Source: a virus | Lineage: Duplodnaviria; Caudoviricetes | DNA length: 38,552 bases | Virus record (IMG/VR): IMGVR_UViG_3300037195_001092 | Coordinates: 1-38,552 of that record | Direction: 5' to 3' (one strand) | In this document: piece after piece, positions 35,849-38,552 of the stretch | Position numbering within the stretch: the stretch's first letter is position 1 | Layout: each line of letters opens with the position of its first letter | Notes under the pieces: generated by a model | What the model saw: the letters and a program-made list of their open reading frames with translations, nothing else | What the model was told of the DNA's origin: nothing | The model's database searches: none | Translations under genes and position numbers: made by a program

Positions 35849-36322
35849 ATGGGTACAAACAAAATAACTAAAAATATAGCTAAAATTGTTAGGGCTTATG
35901 TAAGCCGTGATCAAGTCGAAATGGCTAAAGCTATCGGATGTTCTCCTGGAACAATTACCGCTTTAGAATGTGGAAACTGGGAACCACAAAAAGGAAAGAT
36001 ATTTAATTATTATGATACAATCTTCCGAGAAATACCAAAAGGTGATGTAGCAATTTTATCTAGTAATCTTGGTTTAGAGAAAAAGAAAGTTGTTACACCA
36101 AAAGAATTTAAACAAAAGAAAATTGAAGCTGGTTATCGTAATACTTCTGAGTATCAAATGCGCTTTTCTGGTGAAATGGCACGTTTCATATATAATACCG
36201 CAAAAGATGGCATGTATGAAAATCCTGGTGAATATGTACGTGATTTGATTAGAAAGGACAGATTACAACATAAAATGAAAAAAGAAATTGAGAAAAAAGT
36301 TAAAACTCAGTTAGCCGCTTAG
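35849..36322 (+). CDS. XRE-type HTH fused to a C-terminal ribbon-helix-helix
   Basis: DQVEMAKAIGCSPGTITALECG.WEP HTH; G.YENPGEYVRDLIRKD resembles ParD/CopG-type RHH; AAGGAAG RBS. Confidence 0.78.
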   Translation: MGTNKITKNIAKIVRAYVSRDQVEMAKAIGCSPGTITALECGNWEPQKGKIFNYYDTIFREIPKGDVAILSSNLGLEKKKVVTPKEFKQKKIEAGYRNTSEYQMRFSGEMARFIYNTAKDGMYENPGEYVRDLIRKDRLQHKMKKEIEKKVKTQLAA

Positions 36323-36329
36323 ACTATTC

Positions 36330-36363
36330 GGTAAGGCCAGGATAATACTTGGCCTTGCCTTTC
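36330..36363. terminator. Terminator hairpin between the convergent early and late arms
   Basis: GGTAAGGCCAGG-ATAATA-CTTGGCCTTGCC then TTT. Confidence 0.75.
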
Positions 36364-36369
36364 ATGGTA

Positions 36370-36741
36370 TCAGTAGCTCCAGAGGGCTTCTCTTGGGAGA
36401 GTATCGACATGGATGAATCTGTGTTTGTGTTCTCCCTTTTGGGAAATGCCGATACCTGAAAAACCCAATCTCCTTGCCTGTTCCACCACTTTCAAGGCTC
36501 TGGGTCCAAATATCTGGATGTCACTACCTTGCCCCTGAAGATGAGCCGACTTAGGATACCCTCCTGATGCTTTATTGTGTTCCTCACAACGTCTTCCAGA
36601 GGAAATCCGTAAAGGGCCAAGTTCATTTCTGAGTTCTTGAAGCATCCGCATGAACCCATCATCCATTTCATCCTGTCCGCATTCTCCGCATTTACAGCGC
36701 ATCTCAGCACGGGAGAAATTAGGGGTAATCATTTCTGCCAT
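36370..36741 (-). CDS. Endolysin, peptidase M15 (Zn D-Ala-D-Ala-type)
   Basis: TPNFS..E..CKC, I.SG.RC..HN...GG...SAH..G...DI and FIHVD motifs; GGAGG RBS before ATG 36741. Confidence 0.92.
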   Translation of the reverse strand: MAEMITPNFSRAEMRCKCGECGQDEMDDGFMRMLQELRNELGPLRISSGRRCEEHNKASGGYPKSAHLQGQGSDIQIFGPRALKVVEQARRLGFSGIGISQKGEHKHRFIHVDTLPREALWSY

Positions 36742-36794
36742 AAAACCTCCCATTCCCATGAGGAAAATTCTGCGAGATAAAATAAGCCGACCAC

Positions 36795-36980
36795 TTAAAT
36801 TTTACCTGCTAACTGCTGTTTGTAGGCTTCAAGGATCTGGTCATCTAAATCATTTTTGGTTGATTTGACCAACCTTTCCAGCAGTAGCAACACAACTTTG
36901 ATGAGTAATTTCTCACCGAAAAAACTCATCGCTAGTGTCTTCACCGTCCCAGCGATTACGGGTGCTAAGGTTGCGATCAT
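36795..36980 (-). CDS. Small lysis-cassette membrane protein
   Basis: Hydrophobic N-terminal half, LVKST.N.LDD motif; adjacent to the endolysin. Confidence 0.7.
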   Translation of the reverse strand: MIATLAPVIAGTVKTLAMSFFGEKLLIKVVLLLLERLVKSTKNDLDDQILEAYKQQLAGKI

Positions 36981-37153
36981 ACTTCCTCTGCTAGTTTGTC
37001 ATCTTCTTCAATTATATTATCATGGCAAGCACATTTTTTTTTCAACATTTCATTTTCCTTTTCCAGTTCTTTAATTTTTAATACCATCTTTTCATATTTA
37101 CCATGTGATATGTGATTCGCTAGTCGTCTCCTAGTGTATGGTGGTGTAAACAT
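36977..37153 (-). CDS. Small coiled-coil protein (58 aa, MFTPPYTRRR...), not in the ORF track
   Basis: Translated by hand; TAATG-coupled upstream and ATGA-coupled downstream. Confidence 0.65.
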   Translation of the reverse strand: MFTPPYTRRRLANHISHGKYEKMVLKIKELEKENEMLKKKCACHDNIIEEDDKLAEEV

Positions 37154-37551
37154 TATCTTCTTCTTTTGGATACCACATTTTCATTAATCAAGGCTTCCAT
37201 CATTCCTTCAATTTTGTCGGCTAGTTTTTCCATGGCTACCTGACCACGTTCGTTTGATTTGGTAACGTCCTTGTTACTGACAGTCAAATCCGAAATAACC
37301 GATGCAAAATGTTCGTTCCTGGCATTTTGTTCTTTGATCACTTCCAGCAGTCTTTCATCCGCTTTTGAATCTTTCTGATTCCACTCATTGATTTCTGCTC
37401 TGTGAGCAATTTGGCTTTTCCAAATATAGAAAAAACAAGCCCCGATAATAACCGCAGGAAGTCCTATCCTTTCAATCAACATTAAAACCGAATCTACTTC
37501 CATAAGACTTTGTGCTGGTGGATGATGCCCTGATGCTAATAATTCAAACAT
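37153..37551 (-). CDS. Holin-like protein (single TM + coiled coil, BhlA-like)
   Basis: IERIGLPAVIIGACFFYIWK TM followed by a coiled coil; lies between the fibre gene and the endolysin. Confidence 0.65.
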   Translation of the reverse strand: MFELLASGHHPPAQSLMEVDSVLMLIERIGLPAVIIGACFFYIWKSQIAHRAEINEWNQKDSKADERLLEVIKEQNARNEHFASVISDLTVSNKDVTKSNERGQVAMEKLADKIEGMMEALINENVVSKRRR

Positions 37552-37664
37552 CGGTTACTGCCTTGTGGCTCGTATATGCAAAAAAACGATACACAAACTC
37601 AGTAGTGTCTGCCGGACGATACACAAATTGAACTGGTCGGTTTTTCCGACTAGTTCAGTTGCGA

Positions 37665-37757
37665 TCATACTTTCCTTTTCTCCTTCTCTGCCTTATAAAT
37701 TCCGATAAAAAGTACTAACAAACTGACCCCAAAATGGGCTAATACTATCCAGATCAT
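37665..37757 (-). CDS. 30-aa membrane peptide (MIWIVLAHFGVSLLVLFIGIYKAEKEKRKV)
   Basis: Translated by hand; ATGA-coupled; a TM helix followed by a basic tail. Confidence 0.5.
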   Translation of the reverse strand: MIWIVLAHFGVSLLVLFIGIYKAEKEKRKV

Positions 37758-37897
37758 TCGGTGTCCATCTCCTTGATTTCAACTGCATCCTTGTCTTCTT
37801 CCATTTCCAGAAGTGCTTGTTTGTAGCCGATCAGCCTTTGGATTTGATTGTTTAGATCCTGAATTTTTTCTTCACATTCTTGGGGTGTTAGTTGCAT
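37754..37897 (-). CDS. Small coiled-coil protein downstream of the fibre gene
   Basis: MQLTPQECEEK..., TAATG-coupled; Q..RL.GY..AL motif. Confidence 0.65.
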   Translation of the reverse strand: MQLTPQECEEKIQDLNNQIQRLIGYKQALLEMEEDKDAVEIKEMDTE

Positions 37898-38552
37898 TAT
37901 GCGTTTTCCAGTGCTTCGACTTTTGCGGATAGTTCTTGGATTGCTTTGATCAATATAGGGACAGTTGAAGAATGATCGACTCCCCACATGTATTCTGATT
38001 CATGATCAATCTCTAGAGTATCCTCTTTTCTTGGTGCATTGATCATTGTTGGGATGTGTTCAACGACCTCTTGAGCCAAGAACCCTGTCCATCGACCTCT
38101 CGCATTTCTGTTGTTAAAACTTGTATCACTTGGATCATCCCAATCAAAATCAACTATGCGGATTTTAAGAAGTTTATCAATTGCGTTAATAGATGAATCC
38201 TCTATGTTCTTTTTTAATCGTTTATCAGATGTTACGTTTATACTTGCGTTCCCAATATACATAGTTGTAGAAACAGACCCCACTGACGAAGTAAAAATTC
38301 TATTTGCTAAAGATTCAGCCCCTATCATTGCCCCTGTGGTTAAAATGCAATAGCCTGTTGAAACCCTAAATTGTCCATCGACATCTAGTGTTTTACCAGG
38401 GTTGTTAGTTCCAATCCCGACCTGACCTCCGTCCTCCACAAAAATTCCTGCGGTTCCTGAGTCATCGTAGAGTTTCAGGCCACTTGCAGAACTGGCACGG
38501 ATTTCGGAAGTGTGAACTCTTCCATCGGTGTCAATCGTCAGGGCGGCGTTGC
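37897..38552 (-). CDS. Tail fibre with C-terminal intramolecular chaperone (peptidase S74), 5'-truncated
   Basis: VGIGT.NP...LDV.G repeat; TSDKRLKKNI, GFLAQEV and LIKAIQELSAKVEALE motifs; the frame stays open to the window edge. Confidence 0.92.
   Translation of the reverse strand, partial: NAALTIDTDGRVHTSEIRASSASGLKLYDDSGTAGIFVEDGGQVGIGTNNPGKTLDVDGQFRVSTGYCILTTGAMIGAESLANRIFTSSVGSVSTTMYIGNASINVTSDKRLKKNIEDSSINAIDKLLKIRIVDFDWDDPSDTSFNNRNARGRWTGFLAQEVVEHIPTMINAPRKEDTLEIDHESEYMWGVDHSSTVPILIKAIQELSAKVEALENA

Overview
This looks like a near-complete ~38.5 kb dsDNA podophage genome in two arms. The minus-strand late arm (1-23930, continuing at 36370-38552) encodes an HEXXH protein, a small HNH, TerS, a P22-type TerL, two unusual repeat proteins, a T7/BPP-1-type portal, scaffold, major capsid and cement-like protein, tail tubular proteins A/B, four internal virion proteins, tail fibres (one with an S74 chaperone), a holin-like protein and an M15 endolysin. 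The plus-strand early/replication arm (24839-36322) encodes many small proteins (including DUF932-like and DUF2958), a Cro-like HTH, a YqaJ exonuclease with an annealing partner, a lambda-O-like initiator with an internal origin, a DnaC-like ATPase, RusA, SSB and an HTH-RHH regulator. I recognised no RNA or DNA polymerase, integrase, tRNA or CRISPR. The strongest unexplained signal is non-coding and lies at the start of the early arm. A ~245-nt folded leader buries the first gene's Shine-Dalgarno. The 11-mer TACAGTCATCA occurs 5 times exactly (plus 2 near copies) on one strand within 1.9 kb, and its coding copies fall in all three reading frames. Twin hairpins and a tetraloop-rich intergenic RNA lie nearby. 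All protein calls come from motif recognition and synteny by eye, not from database searches.
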